Source: Eledone cirrhosa (taxonomy: Eukaryota). Taken from it: 64,000 nt of DNA. The stretch lies in the NCBI GenBank assembly GCA_964016885.1, contig OZ024744.1:14694001-14758000 (forward strand). The letters run 5' to 3'. Positions 30,361-46,100 of this stretch are shown one piece after another; positions within the stretch are counted from its first letter, which is position 1; every line of letters starts with the position of its first letter. The notes under the pieces are model-generated. The model was not told the DNA's origin. It saw nothing but the letters and a program-made list of their open reading frames with translations, and made no database searches. The translations under genes were made by a program, and so were the position numbers.

Positions 30361-33300
30361 ACATACAACACTGTCTCTTACTTCGAACATATAACACTGT
30401 CGCTTCTAACATATAACACTGTTTCTTATTTCTAACATATAACACTGTCTCTTACTTCTAACATATAACACTATCTCTAACCTCTAACATATAACACTGT
30501 CTCTTACCTCTAACATATAACACTGTCTCTTACTTCTAACATATAACACTGTCTCTTACTTCTAACATATAACACTGTCTCTTCTAACATATAACACTGT
30601 CTCTTACCTCTAACATATAACACTGTCTCTTACTTCTAACATATAACACTGTCTCTTACTTCTAACATATAACACTGTCTCTTACTTCTAACATACAACA
30701 CTGTCTCTTACTTCGAACATATAACACTGTCGCTTCTAACATATAACACTGTTTCTTATTTCTAACATATAACACTGTCTCTTACTTCTAACATATAACA
30801 CTATCTCTAACCTCTAACATATAACACTGTCTCTTACCTCTAACATATAACACTGTCTCTTACTTCTAACATATAACACTGTCTCTTACTTCTAACATAT
30901 AACACTGTCTCTTCTAACATATAACACTGTCTCTTACCTCTAACATATAACACTGTCTCTTACTTCTAACATATAACACTGTCTCTTACTTCTAACATAT
31001 AACACTGTCTCTTACTTCTAACATATAACACTGTCTCTCACTTCTAAAATATAACACTGTCTCTTACTTCTAACATATACACTGTCCCTTACCTCTAACA
31101 TATAACACTGTCTCTTACTTCTAAAATATAACACTGTCTCTTACTTCTAACATATAACACTGTTTCCTACTTCTAAAATATAACACTGTCTCTTACTTCT
31201 AAAATATAACACTGTCTCTTACCTCTAACATATAACACTGTCTCTTACATCTAATATATAACACTGTCTCTTACCTCTAACATATAACACTGTCTCTTAC
31301 CTCTAATATATAACACTGTCTCTTACCTCTAACATATAACACTGTATCTTACTTCTAAAATATAACACTGTCTCTTACTTCTAAAATATAACACTGTCTC
31401 TTACTTCTAAAATATAACTCTGTCTCTTACTCCTAAAATATAACGCTGTCTCTTATCTCTAACATATAACACTGTCTCTTCCTTCTAACATATAACACTG
31501 CCTCTTACTTGTAATATATAACACTGTCTCTTACCTCTAACATATAACACTGTCTCTTATTTCTAAAATATAACACTGTCTCTTACTTCCAACATATAAC
31601 ACTGTCTCTTACCTCTAACATATAACACTGTCTCTTACCTCTAACATATAACACTGTCACTTACTTCTAAAATATAACACTGTTTCTTACCTCTAACATA
31701 TAACACTGTCTCTTCTAAGATATAACACTGTCTCTTACTTCTAACATATAACACTGTCTCTCACTTCTAAAATATAACACTGTCTCTTACTTCTAAAATA
31801 TAACACTGTCTCTTACTTCTAACATATAACACTGTCTCTTACTTCTAACATATAACACTGTCTATTACTTCTAAATCATAACACAGTCTCTTACTTCTAA
31901 CATATAACACTGTCTCTTACTTCTAAGATACAACACTGTCTTTTACTTCTAACATATAACACTGTCTATTACTTCTAACATATAACACTCTCTCTTACTT
32001 CTAACATATAACACTGTCTCTTATCTCTAACATATAACACTCACTGTCTCTTACTTCTAACATATAACACTGTCTCTTACCTCTAACATATAACACTGTC
32101 TCTTACCTCTAACATATAACACTGTCTCTTACCTCTAATATATAACACAGTCTCTTACCTCTAACATATAACACTGTCTCTTACATCTAACATATAACAC
32201 TGTCTCTTACTTCTAACATATAACACTGTCTCTTACCTCTAATATATAACACTGTCTCTTACCTCTAACATATAACACTGTCTCTTACATCTAACATATA
32301 ACACTGTCTCTTACTTCTAACATATAACACTGTCTCTTACCTCTAACATATAACACTGTCTCTTACATCTAACACTGTCTCTTACAACTAACATATAACA
32401 CTGTCTCTTTCTTCTAACATATAACACTGTCTCTTACCTCTAACATATAACACTGTCTCTTACCTCTAACATTTAACACTGTCTCTTACCTCTAATATAT
32501 AACACTGTCTCTTACCTCTAACATATAACACTGTCTCTTACTTCTAACATATAACACTGTATCTTACTTCTAACATATAACACTGTCTCTTACTTCTAAC
32601 ATATAACACTGTCTCTTACTTCTAACATATAAAACTGTCTCTTACCTCTAACATATAACACTGTCTCTTACATCTAACATAAAACACTGTCTCTTACTTC
32701 TAACATATAACACTGTCTCTTCTAACATATAACACTGTATCTTACTTCTAAAATATAACACTGTCTCTTACCTCTAACATATAACACTGTCTCTTACTTC
32801 TAACATATAACACTGTCTCTTACTTCTAACATATAACACTGTCTCTTACTTCTAACATATAAAACTGTCTCTTACCTCTAACATATAACACTGTCTCTTA
32901 CTTCTAACATATAACACTGTCTCTTACATCTAACATACAACACTGTCTCTTACTTCTAACATATAACACTGTCTCTTCTAAGATATAACACTGTCTCTTA
33001 CTTCTAACATATAACACTATCTCTCACTTCTAAAATATAACACTGTCTCTTACTTCTAACATATACACTGTCCCTTACCTCTAACATTTAACACTGTCTC
33101 TTACTTCTAATATTATAAAACTGTCTCTTACTTCTAACATATAACACTGTCTCTTACTTCTAACATATAACACTGTATATTACTTTTAAAACATAACACT
33201 GTCTCTTACTTCTAACATACAACACTGTCTCTTACTTCTAACATATAACACTGTCTCTACTAACATATAACACTGTCTCTTACTTCTAACATATAACACT

Positions 33301-34169
33301 GTTTCTTACTTCTAAAATATAACACTGTCTCTTACCTCAAACATATAACACTGTCTCTTACCTCTAACCTATAACACTGTCACTTACTTCTAACATATAA
33401 CACTGTCTATTACTTCTAACATATAACACTGTTTCCTACTTCTAAAATATAACACTGTCTCTTACTTCTAAAATATAACACTGTCTCTTACCTCTAACAT
33501 ATAACACTGTCTCTTACATCTAACATATAACACTGTCTCTTACATCTAACATATAACACTGTCTCTTACTTCTAACATATAACACTGTCTCTTACTTCTA
33601 ACATTTAACACTGTCTCTTACTTCTAATATTATAACACTGTCTCTTACTTCTAACATATAACACTGTCTCTTACTTCTAACATATAACACTGTATATTAC
33701 TTCTAAAACATAACACTGTCTCTTACTTCTAACATACAACACTGTCTCTTACCTCTAACATATAACACTGTCTCTACTAACATATAACACTGTCTCTTAC
33801 TTCTAACATATAACACTGTCTCTTACTTCTAACATATAACACTGTCTATTACTTCTAAAACATAACACTGTCTCTTACTTCTAACAAACAACACTGTCTC
33901 TTACTTCTAACAGATAACACTGTCTGTTCTAACATATAACACTGTATCTTACTTCTAAAATATAACACTGTCTCTTACTTCTAACATATAACACTCTCTC
34001 TTACTTCTAAAATATAACACTGTCTCTCACTTCTAAAATATAACACTGCGTCTTACTTTTAAATATAATATTGTCTCTTACTTCTGAAATATAACACTGT
34101 CTCTTACTTCTAACATATAACACTGTTTCCTATTTCTAAAATATAACACTGTCTCTTACTTCTGAAATA

Positions 34170-35610
34170 TAACTCTGTCTCTTACTTCTAACATATAACA
34201 CTGTCTCTTACTTCTAACATATAACACTATCTCTAACCTCTAACATATAACACTGTCTCTTACTTCTAACATATAACACTGTCTCTTACTTCTAAAATAT
34301 AACACTGTCTCTTACCTCAAACATATAACACTGTCTCTAACCTCTAACCTATAACACTGTCACTTACCTCTAACATATAACACTGTCTCTTACTTCTAAA
34401 ATATAACACTGTCTCTTACTCCTAAAATGTAACGCTGTCTCTTATCTCTAACATATAACACTGTCTCTTCCTTCTAACATATAACACTGCCTCTTACTTG
34501 TAATATATAACACTGTCTCTTACCTCTAACATATAACACTGTCTCTTACCTCTAACATATAACACTGTCACTTACTGCTAAAATATAACACTGTCTCTTA
34601 CCTCTAACATATAACACTGTCTCTTCTAAGATATAACACTGTCTCTTACTTCTAACATATAACACTGTCTCTCACTTCTAAAATATAACACTGTCTCTTA
34701 CTTCTAACATATAACACTGTCCCTTACCTCTAACATATAACACTGCCTCTTACTTCTAAAATATAACACTGTCTCTTACTTCTAAAATATAACACTGTCT
34801 CCTACTTCTAAAATATAACTCTGTCTCTTACTTCTAACATATAACACTGTCTCTTACTTCTAACATATAACACTATCTCTAACCTCTAACATATAACACT
34901 GTCTCTTACTTCTAACATATAACACTGTCTCTTACTTCTAAAATATAACACTGTCTCTTACCTCAAACATATAACACTGTCTCTAACCTCTAACCTATAA
35001 CACTGTCACTTACCTCTAACATATAACACTGTCTCTTACTTCTAAAATATAACACTGTCTCTTACTCCTAAAATGTAACGCTGTCTCTTATCTCTAACAT
35101 ATAACACTGTCTCTTCCTTCTAACATATAACACTGCCTCTTACTTGTAATATATAACACTGTCTCTTACCTCTAACATATAACACTGTCTCTTACCTCTA
35201 ACATATAACACTGTCACTTACTGCTAAAATATAACACTGTCTCTTACCTCTAACATATAACACTGTCTCTTCTAAGATATAACACTGTCTCTTACTTCTA
35301 ACATATAACACTGTCTCTCACTTCTAAAATATAACACTGTCTCTTACTTCTAACATATAACACTGTCCCTTACCTCTAACATATAACACTGTCTCTTACT
35401 TCTAAAATATAACACTGTCTCTTACTTCTAAAATATAACACTGTCTCCTACTTCTAAAATATAACTCTGTCTCTTACTTCTAACATATAACACTGTCTCT
35501 TACTTCTAACATATAACACTATCTCTAACCTCTAACATATAACACTGTCTCTTACTTCTAACATATAACACTGTCTCTTACTTCTAAAATATAACACTGT
35601 CTCTTACCTC
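34170..35610 (+). repeat. Local 646-bp (25-monomer) tandem duplication (boundaries approximate); second copy at about 58320-59760
   Basis: CCTCAAACAT at 34315/34961 and 58466/59112. The CTCCTAAAATGT and CTGCTAAAAT landmarks are also duplicated. Confidence 0.85.
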
Positions 35611-37188
35611 TAACATATAACACTGTCTCTTACCTCTAACATATAACACTGTCACTTACCTCTAACATATAACACTGTCTCTTACTTCTAAAATATAACA
35701 CTGTCTCTTACTTCTAAAATATAACGCTGTCTCTTATCTCTAACATATAACACTGTCTCTTCCTTCTAACATATAACACTGTCACTTACCTCTAACATAT
35801 AACACTGTCTCTTACTTCTAAAATATAACACTGTCTCTTACTTCTAAAATACAACGCTGTCTCTTATCTCTAACATATAACACTGTCTCTTCCTTCTAAA
35901 ATATAACACTGTCTCTTACCTCTAACATATACCACTGTCTCTTCTAACATATAACACTGTCTCTTACTTCTAACATATAACACTGTCTCTTACTTCTAAC
36001 ATATAAAACTGTCTCTTACCTCTAACATATAACACTGTCTCTTACCTCTAACATATAACACTGTCACTTACTTCTAAAATATAACACTGTCTCTTACCTC
36101 TAACATATAACACTGTCCCTTCTAAGATATAACACTGTCTCTTACTTCTAACATATAACACTGTCTCTCACTTCTAAAATATAACAATGTCTCTTACTTC
36201 TAAAATATAACACTGTCTCTTACCTCTAACATATAACACTGTCTCTTCTAAGATATAACACTGTCTCTTACTTCTAACATATAACACTGTCTCTCACTTC
36301 AAAAATATAACACTGTCTCTTACTTCTAACATATAACACTGTCTCTTACTTCTAAAATATAACACTGTCTCTTACCTCTAACATATAACACTGTCTCTTC
36401 TAAGATATAACACTGTCTCTTACCTCTAACATATAACAATGTCTCTTACTTCTAACATATAACACTGTCTCTTACTTCTAACATATAACACTGTCTCTTA
36501 CCTCTAACATATAACACTGTCTCTTCTAACATATAACACTGTCTCTTACTTCTAACATATAAAATGTCTCTTACCTCTAACATATAGTACTGTGTCTTCT
36601 AACATATAACACTGTCTCTTACATCTAACATACAACACTGTCTCTTACTTCGAACATATAACACTGTCGCTTCTAACATATAACACTGTTTCTTATTTCT
36701 AACATATAACACTGTCTCTTACTTCTAACATATAACACTATCTCTAACCTCTAACATATAACACTGTCTCTTACCTCTAACATATAACACTGTCTCTTAC
36801 TTCTAACATATAACACTGTCTCTTACTTCTAACATATAACACTGTCTCCTAATTCTAAAATATAACACTGTCTCTTACTTCTAAAATATAACACTGTCTC
36901 TTACTTCTAAAATATAACACTGTCTCTTACTTCTAACATATAACACTGTCTCTTACTTCTAACATATAACACTATCTCTAACCTCTAACATATAACACTG
37001 TCTCTTACTTCTAACATATAACACTGTCTCTTACTTCTAAAATATAACACTGTCTCTTACCTCAAACATATAACACTGTCTCTTATCTCTAACATATAAC
37101 ACTGTCTCTTACCTCTAACATATAACACTGTCTCTTATTTCTAAAATATAACACTGTCTCTTACTTCCAACATATAACACTGTCTCTT

Positions 37189-40100
37189 CTAATATATAAC
37201 ACTGTCTCTTACTTCTAACATATAATACTGTCTCTCACTTCTAAAATATAACACTGTCTCTTACTTCTAACATATACACTGTCCCTTACCTCTAACATAT
37301 AACACTGTATCTTACTTCTAAAATATAACACTGTCTCTTACTTCTAACATATAACACTGTTTCCTACTTCTAAAATATAACACTGTCTCTTACTTCTAAA
37401 ATATAACACTGTCTCTTACCTCTAACATATAACACTGTCTCTTACATCTAACATATAACACTGTCTCTTACATCTAACATATAACACTGTCTCTTACTTC
37501 TAACATATAACACTGTCTCTTACTTCTAACATTTAACACTGTCTCTTACTTCTAATATTATAACACTGTCTCTTACTTCTAACATATAACACTGTCTCTT
37601 ACTTCTAACATATAACACTGTATATTACTTCTAAAACATAACACTGTCTCTTACTTCTAACATACAACACTGTCTCTTACCTCTAACATATAACACTGTC
37701 TCTACTAACATATAACACTGTCTCTTACTTCTAACATATAACACTGTCTCTTACTTCTAAAACATAACACTGTCTCTTACTTCTAACAAACAACACTGTC
37801 TCTTACTTCTAACAGATAACACTGTCTGTTCTAACATATAACACTGTATCTTACTTCTAAAATATAACACTGTCTCTTACTTCTAACATATAACACTCTC
37901 TCTTACTTCTAAAATATAACACTGTCTCTCACTTCTAAAATATAACACTGCGTCTTACTTTTAAATATAATATTGTCTCTTACTTCTGAAATATAACACT
38001 GTCTCTTACTTCTAACATATAACACTGTTTCCTATTTCTAAAATATAACACTGTCTCTTACTTCTAAAATATGACACTGTCTCTTACTTCTAAAATATAA
38101 CACTGTCTCTTACTTCTAAAATATAACACTGTCTCTTACTTCTGAAATATAACTCTGTCTCTTACTTCTAACATATAACACTGTCTCTTACTTCTAACAT
38201 ATAACACTATCTCTAACCTCTAACATATAACACTGTCTCTTACTTCTAACATATAACACTGTCTCTTACTTCTAAAATATAACACTGTCTCTTACCTCAA
38301 ACATATAACACTGTCTCTAACCTCTAACCTATAACACTGTCACTTACCTCTAACATATAACACTGTCTCTTACTTCTAAAATATAACACTGTCTCTTACT
38401 CCTAAAATGTAACGCTGTCTCTTATCTCTAACATATAACACTGTCTCTTCCTTCTAACATATAACACTGCCTCTTACTTGTAATATATAACACTGTCTCT
38501 TACCTCTAACATATAACACTGTCTCTTACCTCTAACATATAACACTGTCACTTACTGCTAAAATATAACACTGTCTCTTACCTCTAACATATAACACTGT
38601 CTCTTCTAAGATATAACACTGTCTCTTACTTCTAACATATAACACTGTCTCTCACTTCTAAAATATAACACTGTCTCTTACTTCTAACATATAACACTGT
38701 CCCTTACCTCTAACATATAACACTGTCTCTTACTTCTAAAATATAACACTGTCTCTTACTTCTAAAATATAACACTGTCTCCTACTTCTAAAATATAACT
38801 CTGTCTCTTACTTCTAACATATAACACTGTCTCTTACTTCTAACATATAACACTATCTCTAACCTCTAACATATAACACTGTCTCTTACTTCTAACATAT
38901 AACACTGTCTCTTACTTCTAAAATATAACACTGTCTCTTACCTCTAACATATAACACTGTCTCTTACCTCTAACATATAACACTGTCACTTACCTCTAAC
39001 ATATAACACTGTCTCTTACTTCTAAAATATAACACTGTCTCTTACTTCTAAAATATAACGCTGTCTCTTATCTCTAACATATAACACTGTCTATTCCTTC
39101 TAACATATAACACTGTCACTTACCTCTAACATATAACACTGTCTCTTACTTCTAAAATATAACACTGTCTCTTACTTCTAAAATATAACGCTGTCTCTTA
39201 TCTCTAACATATAACACTGTCTCTTCCTTCTAAAATATAACACTGTCTCTTACCTCTAACATATACCACTGTCTCTTCTAACATATAACACTGTCTCTTA
39301 CTTCTAACATATAACACTGTCTCTTACTTCTAACATATAAAACTGTCTCTTACCTCTAACATATAACACTGTCTCTTACCTCTAACATATAACACTGTCA
39401 CTTACTTCTAAAATATAACACTGTCTCTTACCTCTAACATATAACACTGTCTCTTCTAAGATATAACACTGTCTCTTACTTCTAACATATAACACTGTCT
39501 CTCACTTCTAAAATATAACAATGTCTCTTACTTCTAAAATATAACACTGTCTCTTACCTCTAACATATAACACTGTCTCTTCTAAGATATAACACTGTCT
39601 CTTACTTCTAACATATAACACTGTCTCTCACTTCTAAAATATAACACTGTCTCTTACTTCTAACATATAACACTGTCTCTTACTTCTAAAATATAACACT
39701 GTCTCTTACCTCTAACATATAACACTGTCTCTTCTAAGATATAACACTGTCTCTTACCTCTAACATATAACAATGTCTCTTACTTCTAACATATAACACT
39801 GTCTCTTACTTCTAACATATAACACTGTCTCTTACCTCTAACATATAACACTGTCTCTTCTAACATATAACACTGTCTCTTACTTCTAACATATAAAATG
39901 TCTCTTACCTCTAACATATAGTACTGTGTCTTCTAACATATAACACTGTCTCTTACATCTAACATACAACACTGTCTCTTACTTCGAACATATAACACTG
40001 TCGCTTCTAACATATAACACTGTTTCTTATTTCTAACATATAACACTGTCTCTTACTTCTAACATATAACACTATCTCTAACCTCTAACATATAACACTG

Positions 40101-43100
40101 TCTCTTACCTCTAACATATAACACTGTCTCTTACTTCTAACATATAACACTGTCTCTTACTTCTAACATATAACACTGTCTCTTCTAACATATAACACTG
40201 TCTCTTACTTCTAAAATATAACACTGTCTCTTACTTCTAAAATATAACACTGTCTCTTACTTCGAACATATAACACTGTGTCTTATTTCTTACATATAAC
40301 ACTGTCTCTTACTTCTAACATATAACACTATCTTTAACCTCTAACATATAACACTGTCTCTTACATCTAACATATAACACTGTCACTTACTTCTAACATA
40401 TAACACTGTCTCTTACCTCTAACATATAACACTGTCTCTTACCTCTAACATATAACACTGTCTCTTACCTCTAACATATAACACTGTCACTTACTTCTAA
40501 AATATAACACTGTCTCTTACCTCTAACATATAACACTGTCCCTTCTAAGATATAACACTGTCTCTTACTTCTAACATATAACACTGTCTCTCACTTCTAA
40601 AATATAACAATGTCTCTTACTTCTAAAATATAACACTGTCTCTTACCTCTAACATATAACACTGTCTCTTCTAAGATATAACACTGTCTCTTACTTCTAA
40701 CATATAACACTGTCTCTCACTTCTAAAATATAACACTGTCTCTTACTTCTAACATATAACACTGTCTCTTACTTCTAAAATATAACACTGTCTCTTACCT
40801 CTAACATATAACACTGTCTCTTCTAAGATATAACACTGTCTCTTACCTCTAACATATAACAATGTATCTTACTTCTAACATATAACACTGTCTCTTACTT
40901 CTAACATATAACACTGTCTCTTACCTCTAACATATAACACTGTCTCTTCTAACATATAACACTGTCTCTTACTTCTAACATATAAAATGTCTCTTACCTC
41001 TAACATATAGTACTGTGTCTTCTAACATATAACACTGTCTCTTACATCTAACATACAACACTGTCTCTTACTTCGAACATATAACACTGTCGCTTCTAAC
41101 ATATAACACTGTTTCTTATTTCTAACATATAACACTGTCTCTTACTTCTAACATATAACACTATCTCTAACCTCTAACATATAACACTGTCTCTTACCTC
41201 TAACATATAACACTGTCTCTTACTTCTAACATATAACACTGTCTCTTACTTCTAACATATAACACTGTCTCTTCTAACATATAACACTGTCTCTTACTTC
41301 TAAAATATAACACTGTCTCTTACTTCTAAAATATAAGACTGTCTCTTACTTCGAACATATAACACTGTGTCTTATTTCTTACATATAACACTGTCTCTTA
41401 CTTCTAACATATAACACTATCTTTAACCTCTAACATATAACACTGTCTCTTACATCTAACATATAACACTGTCACTTACTTCTAACATATAACACTGTCT
41501 CTTACCTCTAACATATAACACTGTCTCTTACCTCTAACATATAACACTGTCTCTTACCTCTAACATATAACACTGTCTCTTACCTCTATCATATAACACT
41601 GTCTCTTACCTCTATCATATAACACTGTCTCTTACCTCTAACATATAACACTGTCTCTTCTAACATATAACACTGTCTCTTACTTCTAACATATAAAACT
41701 GTCTCTTACTTCTAACACATAAAACTGTCTCTTACCTCTAACATATAACAATGTGTCTTCTAACATATAACACTGTCTCTTACTTCTAAAATATAACACT
41801 GTCTCTTACCTCTAACATATAACACTGTCTCTTACCTCTAACATATAACACTGTCACTTACCTCTAACATATAACACTGTCTCTTACTTCTAAAATATAA
41901 CACTGTCTCTTACTTCTAAAATATAACGCTGTCTCTTATCTCTAACATATAACACTGTCTCTTCCTTCTAACATATAACACTGTCACTTACCTCTAACAT
42001 ATAACACTGTCTCTTACTTCTAAAATATAACACTGTCTCTTACTTCTAAAATATAACGCTGTCTCTTATCTCTAACATATAACACTGTCTCTTCCTTCTA
42101 AAATATAACACTGTCTCTTACCTCTAACATATACCACTGTCTCTTCTAACATATAACACTGTCTCTCACTTCTAAAATATAACAATGTCTCTTACTTCTA
42201 AAATATAACACTGTCTCTTACCTCTAACATATAACACTGTCTCTTCTAAGATATAACACTGTCTCTTACTTCTAACATATAACACTGTCTCTCACTTCTA
42301 AAATATAACACTGTCTCTTACTTCTAACATATAACACTGTCTCTTACTTCTAAAATATAACACTGTCTCTTACCTCTAACATATAACACTGTCTCTTCTA
42401 AGATATAACACTGTCTTTTACCTCTAACATATAACAATGTCTCTTACTTCTAACATATAACACTGTCTCTTACTTCTAACATATAACACTGTCTCTTACC
42501 TCTAACATATAACACTGTCTCTTCTAACATATAACACTGTCTATTACTTCTAACATATAAAATGTCTCTTACCTCTAACATATAGTACTGTGTCTTCTAA
42601 CATATAACACTGTCTCTTACATCTAACATACAACACTGTCTCTTACTTCGAACATATAACACTGTCGCTTCTAACATATAACACTGTTTCTTATTTCTAA
42701 CATATAACACTGTCTCTTACTTCTAACATATAACACTATCTCTAACCTCTAACATATAACACTGTCTCTTACCTCTAACATATAACACTGTCTCTTACTT
42801 CTAACATATAACACTGTCTCTTACTTCTAAAATATAACACTGTCTCTTCTAACATATAACATTGTCTCTTACTTCTAAAATATAACACTGTCTCTTACTT
42901 CTAAAATATAACACTGCCTCTTACTTCGAACATATAACACTGTGTCTTATTTCTTACATATAACACTGTCTCTTACTTCTAACATATAACACTATCTTTA
43001 ACCTCTAACATATAACACTGTCTCTTACATCTAACATATAACACTGTCACTTACTTCTAACATATAACACTGTCTCTTACCTCTAACATATAACACTGTC

Positions 43101-46100
43101 TCTTACCTCTAACATATAACACTGTCTCTTACCTCTAACATATAACACTGTCTCTTACCTCTATCATATAACACTGTCTCTTACCTCTATCATATAACAC
43201 TGTCTCTTACCTCTAACATATAACACTGTCTCTTCTAACATATAACACTGTCTCTTACTTCTAACATATAAAACTGTCTCTTACTTCTAACACATAAAAC
43301 TGTCTCTTACCTCTAACATATAACAATGTGTCTTCTAACATATAACACTGTCTCTTACTTCTAAAATATAACACTGTCTCTTACCTCTAACATATAACAC
43401 TGTCTCTTACCTCTAACATATAACACTGTCACTTACCTCTAACATATAACACTGTCTCTTACTTCTAAAATATAACACTGTCTCTTACTTCTAAAATATA
43501 ACGCTGTCTCTTATCTCTAACATATAACACTGTCTCTTCCTTCTAACATATAACACTGTCACTTACCTCTAACATATAACACTGTCTCTTACTTCTAAAA
43601 TATAACACTGTCTCTTACTTCTAAAATATAACGCTGTCTCTTATCTCTAACATATAACACTGTCTCTTCCTTCTAAAATATAACACTGTCTCTTACCTCT
43701 AACATATACCACTGTCTCTTCTAACATATAACACTGTCTCTTACTTCTAACATATAACACTGTCTCTTACTTCTAACATATAAAACTGTCTCTTACCTCT
43801 AACATATAACACTGTCTCTTACCTCTAACATATAACACTGTCACTTACTTCTAAAATATAACACTGTCTCTTACCTCTAACATATAACACTGTCCCTTCT
43901 AAGATATAACACTGTCTCTTACTTCTAACATATAACACTGTCTCTCACTTCTAAAATATAACAATGTCTCTTACTTCTAAAATATAACACTGTCTCTTAC
44001 CTCTAACATATAACACTGTCTCTTCTAAGATATAACACTGTCTCTTACTTCTAACATATAACACTGTCTCTCACTTCTAAAATATAACACTGTCTCTTAC
44101 TTCTAACATATAACACTGTCTCTTACTTCTAAAATATAACACTGTCTCTTACCTCTAACATATAACACTGTCTCTTCTAAGATATAACACTGTCTCTTAC
44201 CTCTAACATATAACAATGTCTCTTACTTCTAACATATAACACTGTCTCTTACTTCTAACATATAACACTGTCTCTTACCTCTAACATATAACACTGTCTC
44301 TTCTAACATATAACACTGTCTATTACTTCTAACATATAAAATGTCTCTTACATCTAACATACAACACTGTCTCTTACTTCGAACATATAACACTGTCGCT
44401 TCTAACATATAACACTGTTTCTTATTTCTAACATATAACACTGTCTCTTACTTCTAACATATAACACTATCTCTAACCTCTAACATATAACACTGTCTCT
44501 TACCTCTAACATATAACACTGTCTCTTACTTCTAACATATAACACTGTCTCTTACTTCTAACATATAACACTGTCTCTTCTAACATATAACACTGTCTCT
44601 TACCTCTAACATATAACACTGTCTCTTACTTCTAACATATAACACTGTCTCTTACTTCTAACATATAACACTGTCTCTTACTTCTAACATACAACACTGT
44701 CTCTTACTTCGAACATATAACACTGTCGCTTCTAACATATAACACTGTTTCTTATTTCTAACATATAACACTGTCTCTTACTTCTAACATATAACACTAT
44801 CTCTAACCTCTAACATATAACACTGTCTCTTACCTCTAACATATAACACTGTCTCTTACTTCTAACATATAACACTGTCTCTTACTTCTAACATATAACA
44901 CTGTCTCTTCTAACATATAACACTGTCTCTTACCTCTAACATATAACACTGTCTCTTACTTCTAACATATAACACTGTCTCTTACTTCTAACATATAACA
45001 CTGTCTCTTACTTCTAACATATAACACTGTCTCTCACTTCTAAAATATAACACTGTCTCTTACTTCTAACATATACACTGTCCCTTACCTCTAACATATA
45101 ACACTGTCTCCTACTTCTAAAATATAACACTGTCTCTTACCTCTAACATATAACACTGTCTCTTACTTCTAAAATATAACACTGTTTCTTACCTCTAACA
45201 TATAACACTGTCTCTTCTAAGATATAACACTGTCTCTTACTTCTAACATATAACACTGTCTCTCACTTCTAAAATATAACACTGTCTCTTACTTCTAACA
45301 TATAACACTGTCCCTTACCTCTAACATGTAACACTGTCTCTTACTTCTAAAATATAACAATGTCTCTTACTTCTAAAATATAACACTGTCTCTTACTTCT
45401 AACATATAACACTGTCTATTACTTCTAAATCATAACACTGTCTCTTACTTCTAACATATAACACTGTCTCTTACTTCTAAGATACAACACTGTCTTTTAC
45501 TTCTAACATATAACACTGTCTCTTACTTCTAACATATAACACTGTCTCTTACTTCTAACATATAAAACTGTCTCTTACCTCTAACATATAACACTGTCTC
45601 TTACCTCTAACATATAACACTGTCTCTTACCTCTAATATATAACACAGTCTCTTACCTCTAACATATAACACTGTCTCTTACATCTAACATATAACACTG
45701 TCTCTTACTTCTAACATATAACACTGTCTCTTACCTCTAATATATAACACTGTCTCTTACCTCTAACATATAACACTGTCTCTTACATCTAACATATAAC
45801 ACTGTCTCTTACTTCTAACATATAACACTGTCTCTTACCTCTAACATATAACACTGTCTCTTACATCTAACATATAACACTGTCTCTTACATCTAACACT
45901 GTCTCTTACTTCTAACATATAACACTGTCTCTTACCTCTAACATATAACACTGTCTCTTACCTCTAACATTTAACACTGTCTCTTACCTCTAATATATAA
46001 CACTGTCTCTTACCTCTAACATATAACACTGTATCTTACTTCTAACATATAACACTGTCTCTTACTTCTAACATATAACACTGTCTCTTACTTCTAACAT

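Larger units (their letters stand above)
14101..37188 (+). repeat. Copy A (23,088 bp) of a large tandem duplication
   Basis: Landmarks map to copy B at offsets 23088 (14862/37950, 16831/39919), then 22372 (18636/41008, 24839/47211, 26808/49180), then 24151 (28587/52738, 32041/56192, 36585/60736). Confidence 0.9.
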